In this document: positions 40,864 through 50,626 of the stretch, in pieces
Position numbering within the stretch: position 1 is the first letter of the stretch
Layout of the letters: each line of letters opens with the position of its first letter
Virus record (IMG/VR): IMGVR_UViG_3300022848_000011
Coordinates: 21,363 to 85,362 of that record
Source of the DNA: a virus
Direction: 5' to 3' (one strand)
Length of the DNA stretch: 64,000 bases
Notes under the pieces: generated by a model
The model's input: the letters and a program-made list of their open reading frames with translations, nothing else
The model's database searches: none
Told to the model about the DNA's origin: nothing
Position numbers and translations under genes: made by a program

Positions 40864-41613
40864 ATGAAAATATTATTAGAACATAGTTCCATCCCTGGTA
40901 CTACTTACGAAGAAAGCTTGATTTGTGGAAGTGGAGGTTTCGTTTTTAATGAAATGGATTTCCACGAATCTTCTAATTCGGGAGTTTGTAAATTCCGTGG
41001 TAAGTTCCAAGAAGCTGGAGCCGTAAATAAAAATAAAAGAATCTATCCATACGAAGTCTTAGAATCAAATGTTAAAGGTTTGAACGAAGCTATTGCAAGT
41101 GGAGGATTATGTGGTGAATTAGATCACCCAACCGATAGTATAATTCACTTTGCTAACGCTTCCCATAAAGTTACCAAACTATGGTGGGAAGGAAAAGTTT
41201 TAATGGGTGAAGGAATTATATTAAATACACCTGCCGGTAAAATACTCAAGGCACTTATTAATGATGATGTAAGAATCGGAATTAGTAGCCGAGGAGTAGG
41301 AAACGGAAGAGTTAACGAACAAGGAATATTAGTTATTGGAGAAAGTTATAAATTAATAACTTTTGATGCAGTAGCTGACCCTTCGACGAATAAAGCATTC
41401 CAAAAAAGAATAAACGCTAACGAAAATATACTACCACAACAAATAATAACTAATAATTTTCAAGATAATTTTAATAAAAATGATAATACTTGTATAAATA
41501 ATAGACAACAAGAATCCAACGTAGCCAGCGGGGTTACAAAAGAATTGTTGTTAGCTGCAATCGGCGGCATCCTTAAAAAGGATCTTAACGAAACTAGGTC
41601 GAGGTTAAGTTAA
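40864..41613 (+). CDS. Prohead protease (T4 gp21-like)
   Basis: NKNKRIYP, GELDHP, ASH, NTPAG, IGISSRGVG, TFDAVADPS. Confidence 0.95.
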   Translation: MKILLEHSSIPGTTYEESLICGSGGFVFNEMDFHESSNSGVCKFRGKFQEAGAVNKNKRIYPYEVLESNVKGLNEAIASGGLCGELDHPTDSIIHFANASHKVTKLWWEGKVLMGEGIILNTPAGKILKALINDDVRIGISSRGVGNGRVNEQGILVIGESYKLITFDAVADPSTNKAFQKRINANENILPQQIITNNFQDNFNKNDNTCINNRQQESNVASGVTKELLLAAIGGILKKDLNETRSRLS

Positions 41614-41614
41614 C

Positions 41615-42541
41615 ATGGAAAAATTAATAGAAGCTCTCACTAAACTTCTGCCAGAAGATCAACTGCAACAAATCGATGAGATTAAAGCAGCCGTCGAGCA
41701 GGAGTTATCTTCTTATAAAGAAGAACTTGAGAAAGAATACAACGCAAAACTTGATGAAGCTTACGAGCAATTGCAATCTGAAATTAAAGAAACAGAAGAT
41801 ACTGCTACTAAAGGTTATCAAGAAGCCCACACAATTATTGAAGACCTTCGTAGAAGACTTCAAACACAACAAAATGAATTTGAAGCTACTATGCATGAAG
41901 AATATGAAGAAGCTTACAAAGTTATTGAAGAAGAAAGAAAGAAGAATGAAACCATTGAAGAAGACTTGTATTCAAGATTCGAAAATGATCTCACCGAAAT
42001 GAAGAGTTATATGGTTGAAAAAATCACTGACTATCTAGAATTCAAAAATATTGACATCTACGAAAATGCTCGAAGAGATATTTTGAATGATCCAAGATTG
42101 GTCGAACATAAAGTTGTTCTTGATAGAATTACTAATGAATTGTCCGATTATATTGACCATGATCAATTTGCTATTATCAATTCAAATAAGATTGAAGAAG
42201 CTACTAAAGAAAACGAAACACTTCGCTCAACCTTAAGAAGATTAGAAGCAAAGAATATTAACCTTGATACAAGAAACAAGAAACTCGATGAAGCTGTTCG
42301 TGGTCTTCAAAGTGTTATCAATGAAAGCAAAGTGAATGAAGAGAAAGAAAGAGAAGTATTGGCAGAGAATGTGTCGGGGAGAGGTAATACCGTTTCTAAA
42401 GATCGTTTAGAAATCGTCAAGGAATCAGTTAGTCCTACAGTCGAAACTGTAGAAGGAACCGATTCTACATTGTCAGAAGCATTCAATCAAGCTGACTTAG
42501 AGCAGATGAGAAGAATTGCCGGTGTGACAAACAAAAACTAA
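41615..42541 (+). CDS. Prohead scaffold protein (T4 gp22-like)
   Basis: Acidic coiled coil between protease and capsid genes. Confidence 0.8.
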   Translation: MEKLIEALTKLLPEDQLQQIDEIKAAVEQELSSYKEELEKEYNAKLDEAYEQLQSEIKETEDTATKGYQEAHTIIEDLRRRLQTQQNEFEATMHEEYEEAYKVIEEERKKNETIEEDLYSRFENDLTEMKSYMVEKITDYLEFKNIDIYENARRDILNDPRLVEHKVVLDRITNELSDYIDHDQFAIINSNKIEEATKENETLRSTLRRLEAKNINLDTRNKKLDEAVRGLQSVINESKVNEEKEREVLAENVSGRGNTVSKDRLEIVKESVSPTVETVEGTDSTLSEAFNQADLEQMRRIAGVTNKN

Positions 42542-42563
42542 TAATTTTTTCTAGAGGAAAATA

Positions 42564-44012
42564 ATGTCTAATTTTAACGCAGAATTTTTTAATGAAGCTA
42601 CTAAGCTTGAAAGCAGTTGGAAACAGACTGGTCTTTTAGAGGGAATTGGAGACAGACACGAAAGACTCTGCACCTCAATTCTTCTCGAAAACCAGAGATT
42701 GGCTAACCTTTTGATGGAGAATGCTACAGGAACTGATGATATCGCTGGATTCAAAAGAATCAGCATTCCAATGGTTCGTAGAATTTATCCACAATTGATC
42801 GCAAACAAAATTGTTTCCGTTCAACCGCTATTAGGTCCTACTGGACTTGTATACTACCTACGCTTCCGTTATTCATCGAATAAGGGTGCTGTACGTGGTG
42901 GTGATAATAATGGTGGTTATCCTGGAGATGATGCCAATTCCTTGCAACAACTTGCAAGTGGTGATGGAAATCTTCACGAAATGTACTCTTCACAAGTTGT
43001 GGAGAATGAAACCACTAGCACTGATGCTGGTGATGACACACTCTCAGTCTATAGCCCACTTGAACACACTCCAATCCTTCCTGGTACCATCACTGGTACT
43101 GTTTATGATGGAACCGATGCTGTTCAAAACTTCATCGTTGATCAAAATGGTGCCTTCAACTTCAGTGACATTGGGGCTCCTTCAGCTAAGGTCACCGCTG
43201 CTACCCTTGATCTTACCAATGGTGAAATGACCTTCACTTGGAATGTTGCTCCTGGTCCTAACCACGTTGTTATGAGCTATGAGTATAACATGGAATGTAA
43301 TCAAGATATTCCTGAAATCAATCTTGGTGTCGAAGATGAATCAATCACAGCTAAAACTCGTAAGTTGAAAGCTGTTTGGTCATACGAAGCACAACAAGAT
43401 TTGAGATCACAACATAACTTGGATGCAGAAGCTGAATTAACTTCGGTTCTTGCCCAAGAAATTAATCTTGAAATTGACCGTGAAATCATCCGTGACCTTC
43501 GCCAAAATGCTGGTACTGTCTCCTCATGGGACTTCTCAACTTCACTTGGTGATACCATCAAGGAAAAGTATGAAGCTCTATATGTGAAACTTATGGAAGT
43601 TTCGGCTGTTGTTCACCGTAAAACCCTTCGTGGTGGTGCTAACTGGGTTATCTGTAGCCCTGAAGTGGCAAGTATATTTGAGACCGCAACCGCCGGATTT
43701 GCGCCAAGTCCAAGTGATACATTCACTTCGTCATTGGGTATCCAGTATGTCGGTACTGTGAATCAGAAGTTTAGATTGTACAAAGATCCATTGTTCCCGA
43801 CTTCACAAGTCCTTATGGGATATAAAGGAGAAAGTTATATGGATTCAGGATATTTCTTCTGCCCTTATGTTCCTTTAACTCAAACACCTACTGTGTTGGA
43901 CCCAGAATCGTTCTGTCCAAGAAAAGGTATATTGACACGTTATGGTAAGAAACTACTTAGAGAAGGTGCAAAATTTTATGCAAGGGTATCAATTCACAAT
44001 TATTCAATATAA
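42564..44012 (+). CDS. Major capsid protein (T4 gp23-like)
   Basis: VRRIYPQLIA..IVSVQP, AKTRKLKAVWSYEAQQDL, EINLEIDREII, FFCPYVPL, PRKGILTRYG. Confidence 0.97.
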   Translation: MSNFNAEFFNEATKLESSWKQTGLLEGIGDRHERLCTSILLENQRLANLLMENATGTDDIAGFKRISIPMVRRIYPQLIANKIVSVQPLLGPTGLVYYLRFRYSSNKGAVRGGDNNGGYPGDDANSLQQLASGDGNLHEMYSSQVVENETTSTDAGDDTLSVYSPLEHTPILPGTITGTVYDGTDAVQNFIVDQNGAFNFSDIGAPSAKVTAATLDLTNGEMTFTWNVAPGPNHVVMSYEYNMECNQDIPEINLGVEDESITAKTRKLKAVWSYEAQQDLRSQHNLDAEAELTSVLAQEINLEIDREIIRDLRQNAGTVSSWDFSTSLGDTIKEKYEALYVKLMEVSAVVHRKTLRGGANWVICSPEVASIFETATAGFAPSPSDTFTSSLGIQYVGTVNQKFRLYKDPLFPTSQVLMGYKGESYMDSGYFFCPYVPLTQTPTVLDPESFCPRKGILTRYGKKLLREGAKFYARVSIHNYSI

Positions 44013-44049
44013 TTAGTGCATAAGTACACCGTACTCTATAAATAGTAAT

Positions 44050-44085
44050 AAAACCTCGTTGATTTTCGGATTAACGGGGTTTTTT
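44050..44085 (+). terminator. Rho-independent terminator with UUCG loop after the capsid gene
   Basis: AAACCTCGTTGATT-TTCG-GATTAACGGGGTTT followed by T tract. Confidence 0.85.
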
Positions 44086-44210
44086 CGTAGAAAAACTGTA
44101 CTTACGAAAACATTTGTATGCTTACTACAATTAATTTGATTTAATTTTCGAATAATCATTGAATTGGTGTAGTTGATTCACTATATTAAAGCATTCACAG
44201 GTGTTTATGA

Positions 44211-45380
44211 ATGAAAATAGAAAAAATCGAAAAAAAGTTCAGTGAAAATAACTTGAAACTTCTTGAAAAAGAATATTTAGGCAAATATGTCCCTCTTCAA
44301 TATGAATGTAGTTGTGGTAATTTGGATGAGGTAACATGGGGAAGTTTTTGTAGAAGAAAATACAAAGAGACATGTAAAAGTTGCAGATGGGAAAAAGTCG
44401 GAAAAGATCCAAGTAATAATCAAAATAAACGAATGGGTTACTGGAAAAATTGGGATAATGTTAAAAAAGAACTTGAACAAAGATTTCCTGGTCTTATAAA
44501 TCAAGGTATTTTTCCAACATTTAATATGTTAAGAGAGCATGGAATAGATGGACAGCTAATGAGAAATCACGGAACATTAGCTTCTATATCTAAAAAAATG
44601 AATTGCAAAATATTATCAAGTTATTTAACTAGAGATCATCACACGGTTAGAAGTTATGCTGAATTAATTCTAGATGAATATTTGTATAGCAGAGATATCC
44701 AACATGTGCCAGAGGTTAAAATAGGTAACTATAGATGTGATCAAAAAATAGGCAAATACTATATAGAAATATGGGGGTATACGAACAGCAACCACCCTCT
44801 AGCTAAAGAATATAACAACAAAAGACTACTAAAAGAAAAATACTATCACGAAAATAATCTTGATTTGATTTCTATCGAAAGAGAACAACTGACACGTAGC
44901 TTTAATGATGCTGAATTGTTTTTAAATGACATGTTTGCAAATCTTGGTTTTTGTGTTGATAAAATAATAAATTTTGACGTTAATGTTTTGAATGAAATTA
45001 AAGGAAGTTTTTGGTCTGAAGATAAAATAGTAAATGAACTTCAAATCATGTGGGACACAAATGGTATATTTCCTAATATCAAAAAAATTAAAATGGTAAA
45101 TGGTTTATTTATGTCTTTGTATGACTATGGCGGATTGAAATATTTCAAAGAAAAAATGAATGTTCCTGAACAAGATAAGACAATAAAATGGACACAAAAT
45201 AAAATATTAGAAGATTTGAGAACAATTACTCTAAAAAAAGGTAAATTTCCATATACAACAGAACTTCCAAGTGATTTAAAACATGCTATTTATAGAATGA
45301 GCAAAAAATTAAAAATAAACTATCAATGGTATCGAGCAAAAATAGAAGATCAATATGCCAAACAAACTGACGATAGATGA
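44211..45380 (+). CDS. Putative homing endonuclease (Zn ribbon + PD-(D/E)XK)
   Basis: YECSCGN...CKSC; RSYAELILDEYL...RCDQKIGKYYIEIWG...KEKYY. Confidence 0.65.
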   Translation: MKIEKIEKKFSENNLKLLEKEYLGKYVPLQYECSCGNLDEVTWGSFCRRKYKETCKSCRWEKVGKDPSNNQNKRMGYWKNWDNVKKELEQRFPGLINQGIFPTFNMLREHGIDGQLMRNHGTLASISKKMNCKILSSYLTRDHHTVRSYAELILDEYLYSRDIQHVPEVKIGNYRCDQKIGKYYIEIWGYTNSNHPLAKEYNNKRLLKEKYYHENNLDLISIEREQLTRSFNDAELFLNDMFANLGFCVDKIINFDVNVLNEIKGSFWSEDKIVNELQIMWDTNGIFPNIKKIKMVNGLFMSLYDYGGLKYFKEKMNVPEQDKTIKWTQNKILEDLRTITLKKGKFPYTTELPSDLKHAIYRMSKKLKINYQWYRAKIEDQYAKQTDDR

Positions 45381-47112
45381 AGTATTAAGAAGATATGCTG
45401 ATAAAAACTGGCAGCTTCTTGAAAAAGAATACAAGGGTGCAAGAGAAAATATGAAGTGTATATGCCCAAATGGTCATAAGACACAAATATCATTAAATAA
45501 TCTACAGAAAGGGCAAGGATGTGCTAAATGTAGTGGTCAATACCAAATGACCTATGAAGAAGTTATTGAACTTTTCGAAAAGAACAACTGCAAAATAATA
45601 TCTTCAAAAGAACATTATCATAGCTATAAAGGCACTAATAATTGGGTTTATTATACTTGTGAATGTGGAAATGATTCAAAAGTATCTTTACATCAATTCA
45701 AGAAAGGAACTCGATGTATTAGATGCAAAGGAGAAAAAATATCAAAACTCTTAACAAAAGAATTACCTATAGATAAGATCAAAGAGACTTGCAAGGATAG
45801 AGGTTGTGAGTTAATTGAAGCTTACAGAAAACGAACTGAAGCTAGTGGAATTAGAATACGTATAAAATATAAATGTGAATGTGGTAATATTGCAGATGTA
45901 TTATGGAGCAATTTTAAGAAAAACAAAGATCAACTCTGCTGGGAATGTGGCAAAAAAAAGAAAGCTGGAGACAACTGTTATATGTGGAATCCAGATCGAA
46001 ATCTGGTTGAACAGAATAAACGTTCATACAATTTAGTCAACAGATTGTTCAAAAAATTCAATTTGGATAAAAATGAGACTAAGTCCAGTATTCTTGGGTA
46101 CAATGTAGATGATTTACATAAAGCGATATATAATCATCCATTAATGAATGAGGGGGATTTTGAAATAGACCATGTTTTCCCTATAAATCAATTCAGTTTA
46201 AATAACATAGATGATATGAAACTAATCAATCATCTTAATAACCTAAGACCATTACACAAAAGTTTAAATTGCAATAGAGTTAAAGTATTGCCAGATTACT
46301 GTTTTAATTCTTGGGATACTAATATTTCCGCAGAGCATCATATTATTTCTTGTATTGAAAAAGATTTTTACACAACGATTACTTCAGAAAAAATTGATGC
46401 ATATTTAATCGGGCCTAAAGAATGTACAGAAATACATTATTTATCTAAAAGACTTAAACAGTGTCTAGAACAAAACAAAAAACCTTTCTATTTACATTAT
46501 GGAGAATGGGTTAAGTTTAAAGACAAGTTAATCTCAAGATATAATTCGATTATTGGCGAAAACAACAAACGTTATTTTGGTCGTAAAGGAGAAATCAAAA
46601 GGATAACGTCTCAAATTTGTAAAGACTTTACAAATGAATATCATATTCAAGGTCATTCTGGTGTGACTAAAAGTGCATTAGGCATGTATTTTGATAATGA
46701 ATTGATAGGTCTAGTGTCTTTAGGTGGTCACCCAAGAGATAATTCTAAATTAATTATTGATAGATTGTGTTTTAAAACAAATTGTTATGTCATAGGAGGC
46801 TCTGAGAGGCTTTTTAAAGCCATTGAAAAAGAGGCAAGGGATTTATCATGTGATACATTAATCACTTATTCAGACAGTCGTGTGACGTGTGGTGAGGTAT
46901 ATGAAAGATTGGGGTATAACCCAACTCAATTGAGACCTGATTATTCATATGTATTGAAAACTGATTACAGCCTACATAGAAGTAAGCAAAGTCAGAAAAA
47001 AGGCAACGTAAATTGTCCTATTAATATGACTGAATTAGAATGGTGTAATTTAAGAGGATTGGTTAGAATTTATGATGCTGGTAAAATTCGTTGGGAAAAG
47101 GAATTAAATTGA
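45355..47112 (+). CDS. Hef-like protein: Zn-ribbon repeats, HNH motif, C-terminal GNAT/Mom-like domain
   Basis: Three C-x-C-G/H...CxxC repeats; FEIDHVFP...NHLNNLRPL...N; EYHIQG...VIGGSERL...ITYSD...YERLGY...IYDAGKIRW. Confidence 0.7.
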   Translation: MPNKLTIDEVLRRYADKNWQLLEKEYKGARENMKCICPNGHKTQISLNNLQKGQGCAKCSGQYQMTYEEVIELFEKNNCKIISSKEHYHSYKGTNNWVYYTCECGNDSKVSLHQFKKGTRCIRCKGEKISKLLTKELPIDKIKETCKDRGCELIEAYRKRTEASGIRIRIKYKCECGNIADVLWSNFKKNKDQLCWECGKKKKAGDNCYMWNPDRNLVEQNKRSYNLVNRLFKKFNLDKNETKSSILGYNVDDLHKAIYNHPLMNEGDFEIDHVFPINQFSLNNIDDMKLINHLNNLRPLHKSLNCNRVKVLPDYCFNSWDTNISAEHHIISCIEKDFYTTITSEKIDAYLIGPKECTEIHYLSKRLKQCLEQNKKPFYLHYGEWVKFKDKLISRYNSIIGENNKRYFGRKGEIKRITSQICKDFTNEYHIQGHSGVTKSALGMYFDNELIGLVSLGGHPRDNSKLIIDRLCFKTNCYVIGGSERLFKAIEKEARDLSCDTLITYSDSRVTCGEVYERLGYNPTQLRPDYSYVLKTDYSLHRSKQSQKKGNVNCPINMTELEWCNLRGLVRIYDAGKIRWEKELN

Positions 47113-48722
47113 AAAAAATTAATTTAGAAGATATTCAAGAGTGTTTCAAATTGTCTGGATTTACTTGTCTGGAAGATGTTTATATTAATCAAAATTCTCC
47201 ATTAAAATTTAAATGTGAATGTGGAAAAGAAGATACTATTACTTGGAATTCATTTAAAAAGAGAAAGTTTCAATCAGGTTGTGTGTTTTGCAGAAGAGTG
47301 AAATCTATTGATTCTTTTATAGTAGATGCTCATAAAATTCATGATAATGTGTATGATTACTCAAAGTCTAACTACACAAATGCACATACAAATATTGAAA
47401 TTATCTGTAAGGAGCATGGCAGCTTTCTTCAACGTCCTGATGCACACTTACACCAAAAACAGGGGTGTCCAAAATGTGGCATGAAAAATAGGATTAAAAC
47501 TAATAAAACAAATTCCACATTTATTAGCCAAGCCAAAGCTATTTGGGGAAATAAATATTCATATGATCTTACTAAGTATATTTCAAAAGAAATAAAAATT
47601 AAATATGAATGTCGAGAACATGGAGTTATAGAACAATTACCGTCCTTACATTTAAAAAACGGCTGTAATTTTTGTAGCAAAAGAGGACCAAATAAATATT
47701 CTTTAGTACAATTTATCGACAAAGCTAATTCAGTTCACGGAAATACATATGATTATTTCAAGGTTAAATTCAAATCGGTTAACGATAAAATCATTATTAT
47801 CTGCAATGAACATGGAGAATTCGAACAAAGAGCCTCCAATCATATTAATTTAAAGAATGGTTGTCCTCAATGCAATAATTCAAAATTAGAATTAGAATTA
47901 TCATCTTTTGTAAGTGATATTTACCAAGGAGAGATACGATTAAATGATAGAAAGATTATATCTCCTCTAGAGATTGATATCTATTTACCTAATGAGTCTT
48001 TGGGTATAGAGTTTAATGGTAACTATTGGCATAGCGATTTATTTTTAGATAAAAATTATCATTTAACAAAGACAGAAATAGCTGAGTCCTCTGGGCTAAA
48101 ATTGATTCAGATATTTGAATATGAGTGGGACTCTAAGAAAAAGATTGTTCAGTCTAGATTAAACAATCTTCTTGGAAAAAGTAATCGTATTTTTGCTCGC
48201 AATACGACAATAATTAAATTAAATAAAAAGCAAAAAGATGAATTTTTAAATGACCACCACATACAAGGAACCGATTTTTCTTCATGGTACTATGGATTAG
48301 TCCACAACAACAAATTAGTTGCTTGTATGACTTTTGGCAAATCCAGATTTGACAAATCATATAATTATGAATTACTCAGATATTGCAATCGATCAAATTT
48401 AGTTGTAGTGGGTGGAGCAAGTAAATTACTAAATCGTTTCACAAGAGAACATAACGGCTCTATAGTTTCCTATGCCGACCGAAAATGGTCGAGTGGTAAC
48501 TTATACAGAAAACTTGGTTTTTCTTTTATAACAGATACTACTCCTGGTTATAGGTACTATCACATACCTTCTAAAAAAACATTCCATAGATTAAAATTTC
48601 AAAAACATAAAATCGAGCATATGCCATATTATGATGATAAGTTAAGTGCAAACAAAATCATGAAACTTAATAGTTACACAAGAATATGGGATTGTGGAAA
48701 TAGTAAATGGGAATTACGGTAA
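47091..48722 (+). CDS. Hef-like homing endonuclease (DUF723-like repeats, Vsr-like PD-(D/E)XK, GNAT/Mom-like C-terminus)
   Basis: Repeated H...YDYS...IIC.EHG.F.Q....H....GCP.C; LEIDIYLP..LGIEFNGNYWH; VVGGASKLL...SYADRKWS.G.LY..LGF...IWDCG. Likely start TTG 47109. Confidence 0.8.
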   Translation: MGKGIKLKKINLEDIQECFKLSGFTCLEDVYINQNSPLKFKCECGKEDTITWNSFKKRKFQSGCVFCRRVKSIDSFIVDAHKIHDNVYDYSKSNYTNAHTNIEIICKEHGSFLQRPDAHLHQKQGCPKCGMKNRIKTNKTNSTFISQAKAIWGNKYSYDLTKYISKEIKIKYECREHGVIEQLPSLHLKNGCNFCSKRGPNKYSLVQFIDKANSVHGNTYDYFKVKFKSVNDKIIIICNEHGEFEQRASNHINLKNGCPQCNNSKLELELSSFVSDIYQGEIRLNDRKIISPLEIDIYLPNESLGIEFNGNYWHSDLFLDKNYHLTKTEIAESSGLKLIQIFEYEWDSKKKIVQSRLNNLLGKSNRIFARNTTIIKLNKKQKDEFLNDHHIQGTDFSSWYYGLVHNNKLVACMTFGKSRFDKSYNYELLRYCNRSNLVVVGGASKLLNRFTREHNGSIVSYADRKWSSGNLYRKLGFSFITDTTPGYRYYHIPSKKTFHRLKFQKHKIEHMPYYDDKLSANKIMKLNSYTRIWDCGNSKWELR

Positions 48723-48781
48723 ATAAATTAAAACTTTAACCAAAACCAGCTAAATAATAAAAACATGTTTAGGTAATCAAA

Positions 48782-49105
48782 ATGGAATCATTTAAAGTTT
48801 GGTTAGAAAAAAAAGATAATAAAAAACCATATAAAGGATATGATAAAGACGATAATCATCCTGAAGGTGGATTATCAAGAAAAAAAGCGAAAAGTTTAGG
48901 GATTCGGGCTGGAATTGACACTAAAGATGAAGCTAAGAAAAAAGGCGGTTTTGGTAAATTATCAGATAAAACACAAAGTCGAAGAAAAAGTTTTTGCAGT
49001 CGAATGTGTGGTCACAAAAAGAAAAACACTTCATCAAAAACTGCAAATGATCCCAAGAGTAAAATTAATGCATCATTAAGAGTTTGGGGATGTCGCTGTA
49101 ATTGA
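48782..49105 (+). CDS. DUF6321-like basic protein with capsid-targeting-like N-terminus
   Basis: RRKSFCSRM...TANDPKSKINASLRVWGC; begins MESFKVWLE. Confidence 0.7.
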   Translation: MESFKVWLEKKDNKKPYKGYDKDDNHPEGGLSRKKAKSLGIRAGIDTKDEAKKKGGFGKLSDKTQSRRKSFCSRMCGHKKKNTSSKTANDPKSKINASLRVWGCRCN

Positions 49106-49115
49106 GGTAATAATT

Positions 49116-49259
49116 ATGATCAAATTTAAAGAATGGTTAGAAGGTAGATGTTGGAAAGGATACGAACCAGTCCCAGGAAAGAAAGCTTATGCTGATGATT
49201 CTTGTCAACCAAAGAAAAAAGAAGACAAGAAAGAGAAAGGAAAAAAGAACAAAAAGTAA
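49116..49259 (+). CDS. 47-aa basic protein missing from the ORF track
   Basis: GAGGT RBS; MIKFKEWLEGRCWKGYEPVPGKKAYADDSC...; the CWKGY motif is common in T4-like phage proteins. Confidence 0.75.
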   Translation: MIKFKEWLEGRCWKGYEPVPGKKAYADDSCQPKKKEDKKEKGKKNKK

Positions 49260-49299
49260 TTTCGTATTAAATGTAATTGGCACATATTTTGCTTTTTAT

Positions 49300-49388
49300 C
49301 CATCGGCGGCGAGAAAACCCCTACTTTCGTAGAAAGTTTGGGTCGGTACTCCGACCCAAACCTCTTTAGGGTAGGGGATGAAACGCCG
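49300..49388 (+). mobile_element. IS200/IS605-family left-end remnant
   Basis: TTTAT|CCATCGGCGGCGAGAAAACCCCTAC...GTAGGGGATGAAACGCCG, near-identical to 63658..63748. Confidence 0.75.
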
Positions 49389-49541
49389 TGAACTAAAATT
49401 ATCATAAAACATGACGCAAATTAACGCAAGATGAAGCTGATCTCATCAGACTCACTACCTCCAAATTTTCTTCCCCTAAAATTCGGATAAAAAATCAGTT
49501 TCTTTCTCTTAAAAATTATCCGTGGATACTATATAAGATGT

Positions 49542-49670
49542 ATGAATAATCCACAGAAAGAAAAACTGACAAAAGAAATTGTAGTGATGATACAACCATC
49601 ACTTTACGAACAATTCAAAGACAAATGTTCCGAGAACTATGTTTCAGTCAGTCAACTACCCCGACCCTAA
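49542..49670 (+). pseudogene. Ribbon-helix-helix (CopG-like) gene truncated by an IS end
   Basis: KEIVVMIQPSLYEQFKDKCSENYVSVS then runs into the IS hairpin before the second helix. Confidence 0.5.
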
Positions 49671-49685
49671 AGAGGTCGGGGCTTG
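49651..49685 (-). mobile_element. Isolated IS200/IS605 right-end hairpin
   Basis: Reverse complement CAAGCCCCGACCTCTTTAGGGTCGGGGTAGTTGAC nearly matches 63966..64000. Confidence 0.75.
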
Positions 49686-49789
49686 TCATTTTTTAGTTTT
49701 TTCTTTCAAAAAGGAATGTTATCTTATTTTAAGGCACTTGTCAATACTATAATGTTTTAGTTAAATACTTTTAAGGAATTTTCTCAATA

Positions 49790-50626
49790 ATGAAAAAAAT
49801 AATCTACAATTCCAGTATTCCGAGATCAGGAAGTGAGCTTTTGCAAGTAATATTGCACCAAAATCCTCAAATCTACGGCTCTACTACTTCTCCTCTGCTG
49901 GAATACATGTTTGCGGCTAGGAGTAATTATAATTTGCCTGAAGTTCAAAGCCAAGATCCTGAATTAATGCAGAAATCTTTCCTTTCTATGTGTCAGGGGA
50001 TGCAACAAAGTTATTATTCCGCAATTACAAATAGACCTATTGTAATCGATAAAAATAGAGGATACTTGCATTATTATGAATGGATAGAGCAATTTAATCC
50101 AAACCCAAAGATGATTTGCATGGTTCGTGATCTTAGATCAATTGTTGCGTCTATGGAAAAGATTTTCCGTAAAAACAGGCACACCCCTGTAGGTCCAGAT
50201 AATCCATCAACAATGCAAAATTTAACAACAGAGCAAAGAGTCGAACACTGGTTGAATACTCAGCCAATTGGATTGGCTCTCCAAAGAACAAACGATTTGT
50301 TTCAAAGAAATTTAGACAAACATGTTTTATTTGTGAGATATGAAGACCTTTGTAATTTTCCTATCGATACTATGAAAAATGTTTATGATTATCTAGGCAT
50401 TGAGCTTTTTGATCACAACTTTAATTGTATAGAGAAAGAAGTAGTTGAATATGACTCGCACTTTGGTGTATATGGAAAACACAATATCCAAAGACAATTA
50501 GTTCCAGCAGAACTAGATAATTGGAAATCTTACTTATCTGAATTTTCTGGTAAACAAATTCAAGAAAGATTCCAGTGGTATTTTAATAACTTTTACAGTG
50601 AGCAAAAAAATGAGCTTTTTAAATGA
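49790..50626 (+). CDS. Sulfotransferase family protein
   Basis: SSIPRSGS (5'-PSB loop), IDKNRG, MVRDLRSIVAS (3'-PB), VRYEDL. Confidence 0.9.
   Translation: MKKIIYNSSIPRSGSELLQVILHQNPQIYGSTTSPLLEYMFAARSNYNLPEVQSQDPELMQKSFLSMCQGMQQSYYSAITNRPIVIDKNRGYLHYYEWIEQFNPNPKMICMVRDLRSIVASMEKIFRKNRHTPVGPDNPSTMQNLTTEQRVEHWLNTQPIGLALQRTNDLFQRNLDKHVLFVRYEDLCNFPIDTMKNVYDYLGIELFDHNFNCIEKEVVEYDSHFGVYGKHNIQRQLVPAELDNWKSYLSEFSGKQIQERFQWYFNNFYSEQKNELFK

Noticed and set aside
49205-49405. Minus-strand ORFs at 49205-49405 and 63654-63869
   Set aside because: They run across the palindromic IS left ends and have no RBS or protein-like features.
49651-49685. Start of an IscB/HEARO omegaRNA
   Set aside because: Only the terminal hairpin is present; no downstream scaffold or iscB ORF follows.
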